A stretch of DNA of 64,000 nt from Octopus sinensis (GCF_006345805.1 NC_042998.1:113212001-113276000); one strand, 5' to 3'; positions 22,216-36,400 are shown, numbered from the stretch's first letter. A program made the numbers and translations. Notes: generated by a model not told the origin, from the sequence alone.

Positions 22216-25200
22216 GCAGCTTCAGCAACAACAGCCGCTACAGTAACATCTCAAGAAAATTGCACTGAACCAGAGGAGGGTTCAGTAGGAGGGCATCAAG
22301 TTGGAACAAAACCAGAAGCTAAGTGTGCTTGCGGCCTTCCCAAAAGCTGCCAGGTAACTGAAGAGGTTTGTAATTGCAAACAAAATCTCCCTAAAAATAG
22401 CTGTCATTTGAATCAAACGTATCCAAATAGTATCTCTAATAGAAACCTCTTTGAGGCTTTTAACAAAGATTTGTCGACACAGCCCTATAGCATTCAGTCA
22501 AGGGATCATCGGCATTCAATGTCAGAGGCCTCCAAGATTCAAAATGCTTGTGAAAGAGACATTAAAAACCAACAGGTGAGTCACTGCAGTGGTAATGGCT
22601 TCCCTAATTGTGGTGCATCAACTTTAGGCACATGCAGTTGTGATAGATCTGGCAGTGTTCATACATGCCTCTCTTTTGAGAGCCAGATTGATTTTTCCAA
22701 CATTGGTGACAATTCATCTTCTTCTTCTTCACTGATGCAAACACAACATGCTTCTGATAAGCTCCATAAAGCTCGAACGAAGGATAGTCATTGCTATTGT
22801 AACAAATCATTACCTTCCATTTCTGATGGTAATGTAAATGTTACTGCACCCTGCAAGTGCGTATGTAAAACTAAAACTAAGTCAGGGAAAAAATCAGACA
22901 AGTCTGCAAAATGTGATAAAAACCTTCAACAAACATCTGAAATCAAAGATGGCAAAGATACTCCATCAAAAAGTTTATATGTTTCTAGTGGTATTAATGA
23001 GGATCAAGTAAGTTCAGAAATTCCTACTAGTGATCGATTACTTGAAAAACTTCAGTCTTGCATATCATCACTTACTGGAAATAATGCAGGTTGCTCTACT
23101 GAAAAGTTTTTCCTTTCTAAAATAGAAAAATCTTACATTGACCGTTATTGTCAGTTTCTGAAATCTGTTAGCCAATTTGAAATGGCTTTACTCACACAAC
23201 AGAACAGTAAACCAAGTTCAAGGCGAAGAAAGAATTATGTTGTGGTGTATCGCTGTGGAATTTGTTGTGACTTTTTTGACCAGGTTTCTGAACTGAAAAA
23301 TCATATTCAATCTATTTGTAAAGCTTCTGTGTCAGATCTGCAGAATCTAACTGAAGCAGCTACAATATTCTGTGCAAAAGATTCTGCTCTCAGCAAAATT
23401 AAATTCTTTAAATGCCTTAAGTGTTTGCAATACACATGCACTCGTAAGGAAATGGATGACCATTTGAGACTGTGTGGCGTACCCCTAGTAAAGAAAACTT
23501 CCAAATCAACTAATACCTCTTCCTTGGCAGAGAAAAGCCAAATACAGAAAAAACCCTCATTGACTTTAGAGGATCCCAAAACAAAAGCACCTGAAAAAGA
23601 AGTGCCTAAAAAGCAGCAAGAAGTGGTTCCTTCTGTTCCTGGAACTGAAACAATCAATGTCTCAAAGCCATCCATTTGCCCTACTGAGGAGCGTTCAATG
23701 AAGACTCCAGTCAGCAAAGAAGGCTCTTCAAGTGATGTGACAACATCTCCAGTTATAAACGCCACCATGGAGACAACCACAACGAACACTGTCTTCAAAT
23801 GTAAAGAGGAACAACTGGAGGTTGATCCTGAAAACAAAGAGGATAAAAAACCCAAAGTTAAACAAACAAGTGAAGAATATTTCAAATGTCAGATCTGCAG
23901 TCGTCTGCTGCTTGGCCCACATCGACTTAGACTTCACCAGGAAGCTTGTAAGAAAAGGAATGACATCAGAAGACGTATTAAAAAAGCAAATATAGTGAAA
24001 CCTTTAGTCAATATAAAAACAGAAGTTGTGACACCTGATTCACAAGCGACAGAAGGGTCTACATCTCATCCACAAAATAATCTTACTACAGTGAATACAA
24101 CCAAAGTGAACCAGACAACTGTTACAGGTACCAGCAAAGTAGAAGACGCACCTTCTGCTACAGCAAACTTGCCCCAGCCTGAAAAACCTAAACATTGTCC
24201 TGATTGTGAACGTATCATCAAGTTACGTAAAGTCTCCCAACAATTGAGCTTATCAGATGCTCAAATAAAAATTGAACCAACTGAAATCACTGACAAAAAT
24301 AACTCCCGTTCAGTTTGCAGTGAAGAAGAAATTCCTAATCAACCAAATAGTTCTGTGCAGAATTCCTCAATGGTCCACCAGGAAGTAGAAAGTAAAGCTG
24401 TGAAAACAGATCAACCAGCAACTTGCTCTAATAGATCCAACATGAACAATGATGAATGTATTAAGAGAACAATGCTTCAAATTAAGTCAGAAATGGAAAA
24501 TCAGTTCTTACCAAGGAAACCAGTCAAACCAGATAAACCTTTGCAAGATTCTCCCCCTGTTGTTAATAAAGTCATTGAAACCATCGAGACAAAGAGTGTT
24601 GTGAGTGAAGATGAATTGCTACTTGTTGGTGATGGCACAATGACGATGTCCCCAAGTAGAAAGATGCGTATTTTATCACCATATTGCCGAAAATGTGATT
24701 TCCATTTTCGCAACCGTTCAAATTTTGTAAAGCACCTTGCCATTACTCATCTCCAACCATACACTAAGGAAACTGTCTCTGAATTGAGCAAGCCTATAGT
24801 GATATTTACTTGTGTATATTGTCAGATTGCTTTTCGAGTTTGGTTTAAATATATCAATCACATTCCCAACCATGCGACTCACATTCTTAAAGAGCTGAAC
24901 TGCCGGTGGGTTAAGGAAACATGTCAAGAAGAGAAAACTGCAGTTGTTAGTGGCAAGGGAGCCCAAAAAAAGACACAGTTAAAACTTGTATGGCCACCAC
25001 CAGAGGAAGAAATTGGGTCCTTTCTTAAAAGAAAACGAAGAAAACCATCCAAAAGAAAGTTTAATCGAAACGCAAGCCTAAGTAATATTTCTCAAAGCAC
25101 TATATCAAATTTCATGTCAGCCAGCTGTGATGTTGATAATAAAACTAAACAAGATATTCTGCATGTTATGCACAATCTTCTGCAAAGTATTGTTGGCATG

Positions 25201-25888
25201 AACGATCAAGTTCTAGGAAATATTGATAGTGTGTCTTATGTTAACAAGAAATCAGTGATGGAGACATCTAAAGAGACGGCTGCTCAGTTGTTGCCAGAAC
25301 CTTGTAAATCACGATTGTCACAAAATATTACTGCCAAAGATATGTATGAAATTTCTACAAATACAGCTTCAATAGATGAAACTGTTCAGAAAACAGCTGC
25401 ATCTTTCATTGAAGATGTAACGTTGTGTAAAACTCCTATAACAGCTAATGATAAATCTGTTGTAGCTAAAGAAGACCAGGAATTACCACTATTGTCAGAT
25501 ACAAGCCAGAGTAAACCAGATAAACTGATGCTTGATGTAAATAGTGGCAATTCTGGTGATAATGCATTGTCTACTTTAATTGAAGGCAGTGTAAAACCAG
25601 CTAGTACAGACCCATCCACAAACAATGTAACCAAAGCCTGTTTGTCAACAGTTTCTTCTGAGTCAGGAGATAGTACATCATCTACTTTAGCTGATAGCAA
25701 CAAAAACCCAGCTAGTACAGAACCCATCACAAACAATGTAGTCAAATCTTGTTTGCCTGTAATTACCAGTGAGTCAGGAGACTGTCTCAAAGTAACCAAT
25801 ACATCATCTGCAGAAGCTGTGAAAGCAGGCAGTTTGGATAACATAAAATTGAAATCTGTTGAGAGAAGTCAAGAACTGCCAGTAAAAG
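22069..25888 (+). CDS. ZNF292-like: ZNF292-family exon 7, second part: Cys-rich linker plus five zinc fingers
   Basis: Open frame to the AAA G|gtaaga donor (phase 1); fingers at 23248-23319, 23407-23475, 23881-23949, 24682-24750 and 24805-24873. Confidence 0.85.
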
Positions 25889-26113
25889 GTAAGATGATGT
25901 GTCATAAATCACTTATATACTTTTCTAGTACTAGAAGAAAAGCCAGTTCAAGCAAATATCAATCTCTTTTTGACCTCAGCAAAACGTTTCTCTTTCTACT
26001 ATGCTTTCTATTACCACTCCTTGTTTCACTTGTACTTTTGTTGTTTCAACTCCCCACCACACCATTTCAACACTTGCTCCTTCACTTCTTTTCCCATTAT
26101 TAATATATTTACT

Positions 26114-26455
26114 AAGGTGGCAAACTGGCAGAATTGTTAGCAAGCTGGGCAAAATGCTTAGCAGCATTTCATCTGTCTTTATGTTCTGAGTTCAAATTTT
26201 ACCATGGTCAACTTTGCCTTTCATCATCATTGTTTAATGTCCGCTTTCCATGCTAGCATGGGTTGGACAATTTGACTGAGGACTGGCGAACCAGATGGCT
26301 GCACCAGGCTCCAATCTGATCTGGCAGAGTTTCTTATTTTATTGACCTTTCAGGGTCAATAAAATAAGTACCAGTTTTTCACTAGGGTTTATGTTATTGA
26401 CTTACCCCTTTCCCTGAAACTGATGACCTTGTGCCAAAATGTGAAACCATTATTA
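26114..26455 (+). mobile_element. Family A SINE interrupted by a reverse-oriented family B fragment (26221-26334)
   Basis: The core ctttgcctttcatc is broken by tcatcatcattgtttaatgtccgctttccatgctagcatgggttgg... and resumes as tttcagggtcaataaaataagtacc. Confidence 0.8.
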
Positions 26456-27342
26456 ATGCCTTTTTCTAACTACTATTATTTCTATGATATTTGGGAACTT
26501 CTTTGTTATCATTTACCATGCTAGAAATAAGATTTCCTTGAATCACACCTCTGCCATCTTAAAAAAAAAATCACTGTAATTTAAGCTAATGTTTTTGATC
26601 ATAGATTTTCTCAGTCAGAGCTGTCTTGGGGTTATATCCTTGAGACAAGGGAGCCACTATGCAGTTTGACCGGCTAGAAATAGCAACAAAATCTCCCTCA
26701 ACTCTTAAGTTTCTGTCCTCAAAGGTAAAGATTACAGTGGATAATGTAGAACTATATCTTGTAAAAGAAAAAAAAGGTAGAATGTTTGCAGTTGGAAACC
26801 CTTTAATCATAGGTTTATATGATCCAATTGCCTTAAGGCTAAATAATGTTGCCTACCTCAATGTCTTTATTAACAACTTCTACTCTAACACCTCCTTCAT
26901 TTGTTTTCACAAAACAGATTCGGAAATATCTATGTCATAATTGTCTTTAAATGTTTTAGATATTTTCTCTACTAGAAATCCACAGTTATTTGTAACATTT
27001 CAGCAGAAACTTCTATGAGGACACTCAGTCTACAAGAAATAGCAGCCAAATTTCACACTCAGTCCATATCACCTTAAAAATAAGACAAATTGGATAATGT
27101 AGCTTGGATAAAAGATGGATGACTGCAGTTGAAATTTCTTTGATTATATGTATGTTTGATCACAAATGATCAAGGGCTAACAAGAATCTTGTTAATGTAG
27201 TTGTGTGTGTATGTTATATACAAGTTGCTATCATTTACAGTCATTTGTCACATTGAAGCATCAGTTGATATTGCGTCTTAACCATCTACTCTATCACTCA
27301 CCATTTCAACTAACAACTGCTATGACAAACGTTCACCTCTTA

Positions 27343-29125
27343 AACTGGGGAACAAATTTCAATTTTTTGTCTATTGAATTAGATTTGACAATTAGTTCTA
27401 GGTAATTTGGGTGTGTTGAGCACAAATTTTTACTTGGTTTTGCTCTATTAGGTCCTGATTTTGCTTGGGCTTCACTAAGAAAAATAAATATAGTATCAAG
27501 TACCCAAATTTCGACCCTGCAATATGACCTGTGCTACATTCAAAAGAAATCCCCATCCCAGCATTTAAGAGTCTGCCACCTCAAGAATTAGTTGAAGATG
27601 TTCCAGAAAATATTGGTATGCACTCTCGGAAGTCTGACACTGATTTTGACTCCAGTGTATTTGAAAGTCAAAATGATCTGCTTAAGTTTAAGCCAGACTG
27701 AGTTGAATGATCTTGTAAGTGATCTAAATTTGCCAAAAACGGCTGTGGAAATTTTAGCTTCAAGACTTAGAGAGAAAATTTTGCTTACTTCAAACACATA
27801 CACTACATTTTACAGAGAAAAGAGAAGGACTTCTTAAATATATTAGAACAGAGGATAGTTTAGTATATTGCTGCAACATACTTGATTTGTTACAGGTGAT
27901 ATGGGGGTTGGGTCTTCTTATGCAAATGATTGGTGCTTGTCTTCAGACAGTTCAAAAAGAAGTCTTAAGTGCGTGTTGTTGCATAATGGCAATGTACATG
28001 GCTGAATACAAATTGGGCAATTCAAGAAAATTAAAAGAAAAGTATGAACATATAGAAAAGGTTTTAAATTTTATTAAATATAGGGAACACAAATGGATCA
28101 TATGTGTTGACTTAAAAATGGTTAATTTTATGCAACGACAACAAGCAGATCCCTGCTTCCTTTGATTATGGGACAGCAGAGCCAAGGAAGAGCATTATTT
28201 CAAACAAATCTAGCCAACATGAACATCACTTACTGTTGGAGAAGAAAAAAACCTAGTTAATTCACTTTTAGTGACCAGAGATAAAACCATATTTTCTCCT
28301 CTACCTAAGAAACTAGGCCTCGTTAAACAATATGTAAAAGCTTTAGATATGAACAGCATGTGTTTCGAATATATAACTTTAAAATTTCCAAGTTAGGAAA
28401 AAATCAAGGCACGAGTTTTCAATGGTCCACAAATAAGAACATTAATTAAAGACTAATTTTCCTAATGTCATGAACGAATGCAAAAGAATTACCTGGTTCT
28501 CATTCATGGACTTTATAGAAAATTTTTAGACAATTATTGGGCAGATAACTACGAAGAAATCATAAAAAACATTTTTTTTAAGGGGCTACAAAGAGTTAGG
28601 TTGCATTATGGATGTAAAAATGCATTTTTTGAATAGCCATCTTGACTAATTTCCAAGTAATTTAGGTGCTGTAAGTGACAAACAAGGGGAGAAATTCCAC
28701 TAAGATATAAAAATTATGGAGGAATAGTACCAAAGATGCTGAGATTACCACATGATGGCTGATTACTGTTCGTGCTTGAAAAGAGATCTGCCACCAACAA
28801 GCAAAATACCCTAGAAAATCTTATAAAAGAAAAGTTTTGTCAGTGAAAGCTTCATATTTCTTAATTTTTTTATTTTAAGTATTTCTATTGTTATAATGTA
28901 ATTTTACTGTAGTTTGAACTGCTTGTATTTATGAAACTTGAAAATAAATTTGAATACATGACTTAAATTTTTAGTCCTAATTTGAAAAATCTAGAAAATT
29001 GATAGGCTGTTGATAAGAATCAGGACCTGATAGAGCCAAACTGTGTTGAAATTCATATTCAGTGCACCCAAATTACTTAGAAGCAAGTGTCAGATATCAT
29101 TCAATAAAATATGTGTCCCCCGGTG
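27343..29125 (+). mobile_element. Decayed DNA transposon, Chapaev3-like (CACTA/Mirage/Chapaev group), with degenerate terminal inverted repeats
   Basis: Broken frames give DSSKRSLKCVLLHNGN, WIICVDLKMVNF, WDSRA, KLGLVKQYVKAL, FNGPQIR, HFLNSHLD.FP.NLGAVSDKQGEKFH, MMADYC. The ends (a/c)actgggg...ttctaggtaatttgggtg...gctctattaggtcctgatt and aatcaggacctgatagagcc...cacccaaattacttagaa...cccggtg are inverted copies. Confidence 0.75.
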
Positions 29126-29139
29126 TTATTATTAGGATA

Positions 29140-29325
29140 ATGGATTGGTTAAGTCATTAGAGCATCAGACAAAATGCCTTAAAGTATTGGTTCTGGCTCT
29201 TTACATTCTGGTTTCAAATCCTACCAAGTTTGACCGTGCCTTGCAATCAAGTACTGATGTTGAGGGTATCCACTAACACCACCCCCACCAACATACAATT
29301 TCAGGCCTGATGCCTGTGTTAGAAA
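29140..29325 (+). mobile_element. Decayed family A SINE
   Basis: attagagcatcagacaaaatgcc...ctggtttcaaatcctacc...ttcaggcctgatgcctgtgttagaaac. Confidence 0.55.
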
Positions 29326-30495
29326 CAATTGTTTCTGAAACCACAATTTGCTTCCCATGTTTATTCTATATTCCACCAAAAGAAGGCCAAAAAGCCAATA
29401 AGAACCACAGCATTTAGTCAGGTCACTCTTGAAAGCTACTGGTACAACCTGTCGCATGGTTGGGTTATTGGTGACTAAACTGGCAACCCCATCAAGCTTG
29501 CTTGGTGAGGAGGGCGATTGTTGGACATCCTGCGGGATGAAAAATAAAACCCGTCAAAGGGTGGAAGAACTACTGTGTAGTCAACAGTCAATTCAACAAG
29601 TACCTTGTCGCAGTGAAGTGCCTGCGTGCTCCAGTGACCCGGAGAGCTGTGCTGGAGGGAGAGAAATCTTCAGGCAGGTCTTACCAGGCCAGATAGGTTG
29701 AAGGGTAGGAGACAGACAAAACCTTGACAACAATAAATCGAAGCATCGACAGCAGGGCGTGGATTTAGTTATCAGCAGGACCTAACAGATCAGATAGCTG
29801 GCTTTGAACTTGCAGGATGTCATACAGAGGATCTTGAATATAAGACAATGGATGAGACCCTAATATTCCTAGTTAGATGGAAACTGTGGGACCACATGGA
29901 GCAGTGTCGTGGGACAACCAAGATGAGTTGAGATGATTAAATCACTATCTTATCAGTTTAAGATATTTGCTCTACTTCGCAAAGAAATAGTTGCAGGATT
30001 AGTGTTAATAATTAGTGTGCTGGCATTAGCCAAGATAATAATGTACATCACTAAAATATCGTTAACATAGCACCAAACACAGCATAACACAGAATCAACA
30101 TAGCATTAACATGGTACCAACATAGCATAAGCATAGCATTAACTCTTTTATCATATTTCTGTTGAAATACATTGCCTGAAAATAATAAAAAAATTGAGTG
30201 AAATAACTTTATCTTTACTAAGCTGGTGTTTGGAACATATATTATGAATTTTGATGCAAGGTTGTAATTTTGATCACTTTAAAACAGCAAGCTTGTATTT
30301 AAGAACAAGAGTGATCTCAGGTAGGATGGTATGAAAGTAGTCATTATAGCATTCATCAGCACAAGTTTATACTGAATATGTTTCTTTCATAACTTTTGTA
30401 ATGCTTCCATTTGTTATCTTTGTATTCCATTATATTAGCATCACTCATGTTTACTACCAAATCAATTATTTTTTGTCCCCATTCTCTACTTCCAG

Positions 30496-33400
30496 ATGCA
30501 TCACAGCCTGCACCAGAGATGCTTATTCATTCTACCACAAAACAATCAGTGAAGATGCCAAATATATCCAGTATTACACCTGAACTTAAGAAAATATGCC
30601 GGCTGTCTGTGGATAACAACTCTTTGTCACCATCTCAGTGTTCAGCACTGGCAGTAACAACCCAGTCAGCATTATCAGTTAACAAGACAGCCACTCTGCC
30701 ACAAGCTTCAGCCATCAATCCACCAGATCCGTCCACTGCAACATTTGACAAGACCTCTGTGTTGCCAACATCACAAAATCTTGAAATGCAGTTGTCTCCT
30801 GCTTCAGACAAACCGACGAGAGATTTATTTGCTCTAAACAATATACAGGTTCCAAATTATTTGTCATTACCTGCCTTAACATCATCACCTCCAACTTCTG
30901 CATTAAATATACAATCGTCTTCCATTTCAAAACTTCAACCAAGGTTCTGTCCTAGTTCAGAAGCTTCTGTTTTAATGTCTTCATCTAAATCTGATGTATC
31001 ATCGTCATCTTTAACTTCTTCTGTTGCTGACACTTCTGAAGTAGCTAACACATTGCTACCTCAGTCAGTCACTCCAAACCAAACCTATTCTTCTAAGCAA
31101 TCTGTTGTCTCTAAAGCTATTTCTCCAGTACCATCTACTCATTTAACTCCATCCTCTTCTCACTCTGTTCCTTTTAGTTCTGACACACAAACTTCACTAC
31201 CCAGTACATTAGGCTCTAGTACCCTACAAACTACTCCTCACTCTCTACATAGTCCACAGTTTTGCACTGCTACTTCAAGCAAAAACACTTTCCCTCATCT
31301 AAATGTATCACTTTCACCAATAAAACTCCAAACTCCCATTTCTTCAGTAGATCCCAAGATTTTGGTCCCTTGCTTATCTACAAATATTATTACTCCAACT
31401 CTTAGTTTGCCTCCATATACTGAAACATCAACCAATATCTCATCATCAGACCCAAAGGTTTCAGTATCAAGTTTATCTCCAAATACTAAACTTGTTTCTT
31501 CTACTCCAATTCCACTTGGTCCAGACTCATCAAAAAGTACCCCACTACTAGTTTCTAATTCATCATCAGACATAATGTCTGAAGTACCTAGTGTCAGGGT
31601 TATTCCATCTGCCACTAAAAATCCAGAACTTAGCTCATCACCTAATGCTAAGGTTCCAGTATCCAACTCCTCAACATTCACTTCCTCTTCTGCTACTGAT
31701 ACTTCAACTTTTACCTCTTCCTCTACTATGATCCCATCATCTATAGTGGCCAGCTCCTCATCTACTACCAATGCTCTAATACCAAGTTCATTACATATTA
31801 ATGATAATAGGGCATCTGACATCCTCCCTGTTATCAAGACTTCAGTTTCCAGTTCTTTGTCTTCTACTGAAACTGCAGTTGCCAACACTTCTATTTCTGG
31901 TTCCTTGCCTGCCACTGACACTCCAAAATCCTGTTCATCATCTGAAACCTCATCTTCTAGTTCATTTGATAAGCAAAATTTTAATGCTCAGAATAACTCC
32001 CTAGGACTCAAAAACACACCTCAGTCTGCTAGTTTATCTCATTCTCTCACTCCTGCAAAGATATTACCTGTTGTTTCTGAAAACAATTTGAGGGTTTCTT
32101 GTTCAGTTACTCCCAGTATCTCAACTAATTGTTCTCCTCTTCTTAAGAACTCAACTAATAATTCTGCTGCCAGTTCTCTGTCAGTTATCAATAATCACTT
32201 GGCCGATTCTTCTGGTACATCATCCCTTGTTCCCACTGTTTTGGCTAGTCCTGTTTCTGCATCAACTTCTAACACCAAAGCATCCAGTGATAGTTTTGTA
32301 CAGCCCCCAACTCCTAGTTCTTCTGATCTCAACATTTCCACATCTATTTCTTCAAGTTCCAATGTCAACATTATGAGTAAGTCACCTCCAACTTCCAATC
32401 CTACTGTGACTGAAAAGACTCCAGTTACCATCTCTGTTACAACTGAAAGAGATCCCCAGCCTATCTCTACTTCTCCTGCTCCTTTGAAGATATCTACTCC
32501 TACTCCCAGCTCCACTTCTACACTGAACTCCTCTGATCTACAAACTACAAAAAGAAGTACATCTGATACCAAGACATTAGTTACTGACTTGTCTTCATCT
32601 TCATGTACACCCAATATATCTGAATCATTGCCGTTAACCTCTGGTATTACTGCTTCTAGTTCATTGTCAACATCTAAGACTTCAATTCCCAGTTCATCTG
32701 ATCCACAACTTTTGTCAGCTGGACTAAAAACTATTAGTTCAAGTGCTGATACAAAGCCACTAGCACTTAATGATCCTAATTCTATGAGATCAAGTGGTAG
32801 TTTCACAACCTCATCGGACAGCAAATCTCTTAGCACCAAAACCTCAGCTCCCGACTTGACTGATAGTCCTAAAATCTTGGCTTCCAGCTCTATCAGTAGC
32901 CCCAAGACCTTGGTGCCCATTTCTTCTGATGGTCCCAAGATGTTGGCTTCTAGCTCTTCTGATAACTGTAAGACCTTAGCACCCACCTCCACTGATACCT
33001 CTATCACAACAGCTTCCAGCTCTACTCTTAATCCTAGAACTTCAACTGATAGTCCAAAAACATCAGCTCTCAGAATTTCTGATTCTCCACATATATCAGT
33101 CCCCAGCTCTGACAGTTTGAAAGCACTAGATGGCAGCTTAACAGATATTTCTCGGGATTTAGTTGCTAGCTCCTCAGGTAGCCTCGAAACATCAGCTTTC
33201 AGCTCAGCAACAGATAATTCTAAGATGCTACCTACCAGTTTAACTACTAATACCACTTCTACTTTACCTAAAGCACTTGATTCAGTTTCTTCTGTCACCA
33301 AACTTTCTAGTACAGTTTCATCCTCCACTCCCAACTCAGTAAAATCTACCATTCTCAAAACAGTGCCACCTAACAGCACATCTATTAAAACAAAATCTCT

Positions 33401-36400
33401 TGATACCTCTGGACCTCAGAAACCAATAACTTCCAGTGACTCATTCTCCATCACAACACCAGTCATATCAGTTTCTGTGACACCAACACCCAGCTCTACA
33501 TATCCCCCTAAGCCTACATATTCTCCTTGCACATCATCTACTACTTCTACAGCTAACCCTCAAACTCTGGATCTCAGCTGTACATCTGTTCCCTCTAACT
33601 CTACATCTTCCCCCAAGGCACCAGCTTCTCACTCTACATTTGTCTCCAAAGCTCCAGCACCTAGTTCTACATCTTCCCCTAATATACCAGTCTCCAGCTC
33701 TACATCTGTCCCCAAAACTCAATCACTCACCTCAACAGCTGTCTCTAAAACACCAGCCCCTATTTCTACCATTTCCTCCAAAACTCCAGCACCTAGTTCT
33801 ACTACTACCCCCAGGACACCTGACTCTGGTTCTGCAACTTCCCTCAACACACCCATCCCTAAAACTCCAACACTCAGTTCTACACCTATCTCCAAAACAA
33901 CAACACTCACTCCTACAACCACCTCCAATTCATCAGCTCCTAACTCTGTTTCTTCCTACAAAACTCCAGCACCCAGTGTTAAAGCAACCTCTACAGCACC
34001 GACCCCCAACTCTGCATCTCTCCCAAAAATTACAGCACCTAGTACTACTGCTTCTCCCAGCTCTATATCTCTCTCAAAAATTTCAGCAACCATTACTACA
34101 GTTACCCCAAACTCTTCACCTGTTCTCAAAACTCCAGTACCCTGTTCTACAGCTACTCCCAAGATGCCAGTTCCTAGTTCTACATCTGTTCCTAAAATCC
34201 AAACAAGCACCTCTACAGTTGCCTCCAAGACACCAGCCCCCACCACATCTTCCTCTAATGCAGCAGCACCCACTGTGACAACTGTCCCTAAAACATCAAC
34301 AACTACAAAAATATCTACAGTCAAAACTCAAGTGTCTTTCTCCAAGACACCAGCCTCCACTACTGTAGACTCCCCAAAGACACCAGCCTCCACCACTACA
34401 GATGCCACAAAGACACCAGCCTCCACCACAACAGAAGCCCAAAAGACTCCAGCCCCCACCACAACAAATGTCTCAAAAACACAAGCCTCCACCATAACAG
34501 ATGTCCCAAAAACACCAGTCTCCACCACTATAGATGCTGCAAAGACCCCAGCCTCCATCACAACAAATGTCCTAAAGACACCAGCCTCTACTACAGATGT
34601 CCCAAAGACACCAGCCTCCACCACCATAGATGTCCAAAAAACACCAGCTTCCACTACTACAAATGCCTCAAAGACACCAGTCTCTACCACAACAGACATC
34701 CCAAGAATGCTAACACCCACAACTTCATCTGCTCTCAAAACAACAGTGCTCACCTCTACATCTTCCTCCAAGTCTTTAACTCTTAACTCTACATCTAACG
34801 CTTCAGAAACTACCACTACAACTCTTCCTATAATTCCATTGCCCAGTTCAAGCTCTCAACACAGTACTCCAACATCAGTTTCTATTTGTATTCAAAAGAA
34901 TTTGGCATCTAGCTCTACATCTTCCCCACAGGTCCCTTCACATAGCACTAATTCTACCCACAAGACTTCACCAGCCAGTATTGTTTCTACAACAAAGACC
35001 TTGGCTGCCAATACTGCATCTTCACTCAAGACCAAACCAACAGCGCCCACTTCTACAACTACCCCCAAGACACCCCCTTCTACAACTATTCCCAAAACAT
35101 CAACACCCCTTTCTCCTGCTACATCCAAGACATCAGGATCTATCTCTACTACTACCCCCAAGACACCAGCACCCACTTCTACATCTACCCCCAAAACATT
35201 AGCATTTACCTCTACAACTACCCCCAAAACACCAGCAACCACTTCTACATCTACCCCCATGCCATCAGCATCCATTTCCACAGCTGCGCCTAAGACACCA
35301 GCACCCACTTCTACAACTAATCCTAAGACACCAGCAACTACTTCTACTATTACCCACAAAACACCAGTAATCACTTCTACATCTTCCCCTAACACATCAG
35401 CATCCATTTCTACAGCTGCACCCAAGACAGCAGTCCCAAGCATTACAGCTGTCTCTAAGACACCGGCAATCAGCTCTACAATTGCTTCTAAGATACCAGC
35501 ACCTAGCCCTGCATCTGCCTCTAAAACACCAGTGCTCACCTCTACAATTATTCCTAAGTCACAAGTCCCTGCCTCTGAATCACCAGCACCCAACTCAACC
35601 TCTTCCCCCAATACACCAGCACCCACCTCTACTTCTGCTCCAAAGACACCAGCACCCACCTCTACAACTACTCCCAAAACACAGGCCTTCAGTTCTGTAT
35701 CTTCCCCTAAGAGCCTGGCTCCCAGCTCTACCTCTGTCCCCAAGACTCAAGCACCAACTTCTACAACTGCCCCCAAGACACAAACACCAAGCTCTTCTTC
35801 AACCTTACAAACATCATCACCCAACTCATCTTCATCTCCTACAACACCAACACCCATTTCTACAATACCAGCACCCACTTCTACAACTACCCACAATGCA
35901 TCATCACCAACTTCTACATGTACCCCCCACCTTCCATCACCAAACTCACCACCTACCCCTAGCTCTTCAACTCTCAAAACCTCAATACCCAGCTCTTCTT
36001 CAGCCCCCAAGACACCAGCATTCAGTTCTACAGATACCCCCAAAATACTAGCATCCAACTCTACAGCTAAATCCATATCACCAACCACTACAGCTGTTTC
36101 TAGGGCCCCAGCTCTCAGCTCAACATCTGCTCCCAAGACACCAGAACCCACCTCTTCAGCTATCACCAAGGCACCATCCCCCAGTTCCACCTCTACCAAG
36201 ACACCAGCCCCCAGTTCCACCTCTACCAAGACACCAGCCCCCAGTTCCACCTCTTCCAAGGCACCAGCCCCTAGTTGCACCTCTTCCAAGGCACCAGCTC
36301 CCAGTTCCACCTCTACCAAAGCACCAGCCCCCAGTTCCACCTCTACCAAGGCACCATACCCCAGTTCCACCTCTACCAAGACGCCAACCCCCAGTTCCAC

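Noticed and set aside
25889-26103. C-terminal hydrophobic extension of the 22111-26103 ORF as a transmembrane anchor
   Set aside because: It lies after a consensus AAG|gtaaga donor and is T-rich intron read-through; intron retention cannot be excluded but has no support
26659-26940. 93-aa ORF as an additional exon between exons 7 and 8
   Set aside because: No convincing phase-1 splice pair or homology; embedded in decayed repeat sequence
30411-30495. Stand-alone secreted mucin starting at the ORF-track start
   Set aside because: The apparent hydrophobic N-terminus is the intron pyrimidine tract; a phase-compatible acceptor at 30495 links the exon to the zinc-finger exon, and the tail has nuclear motifs
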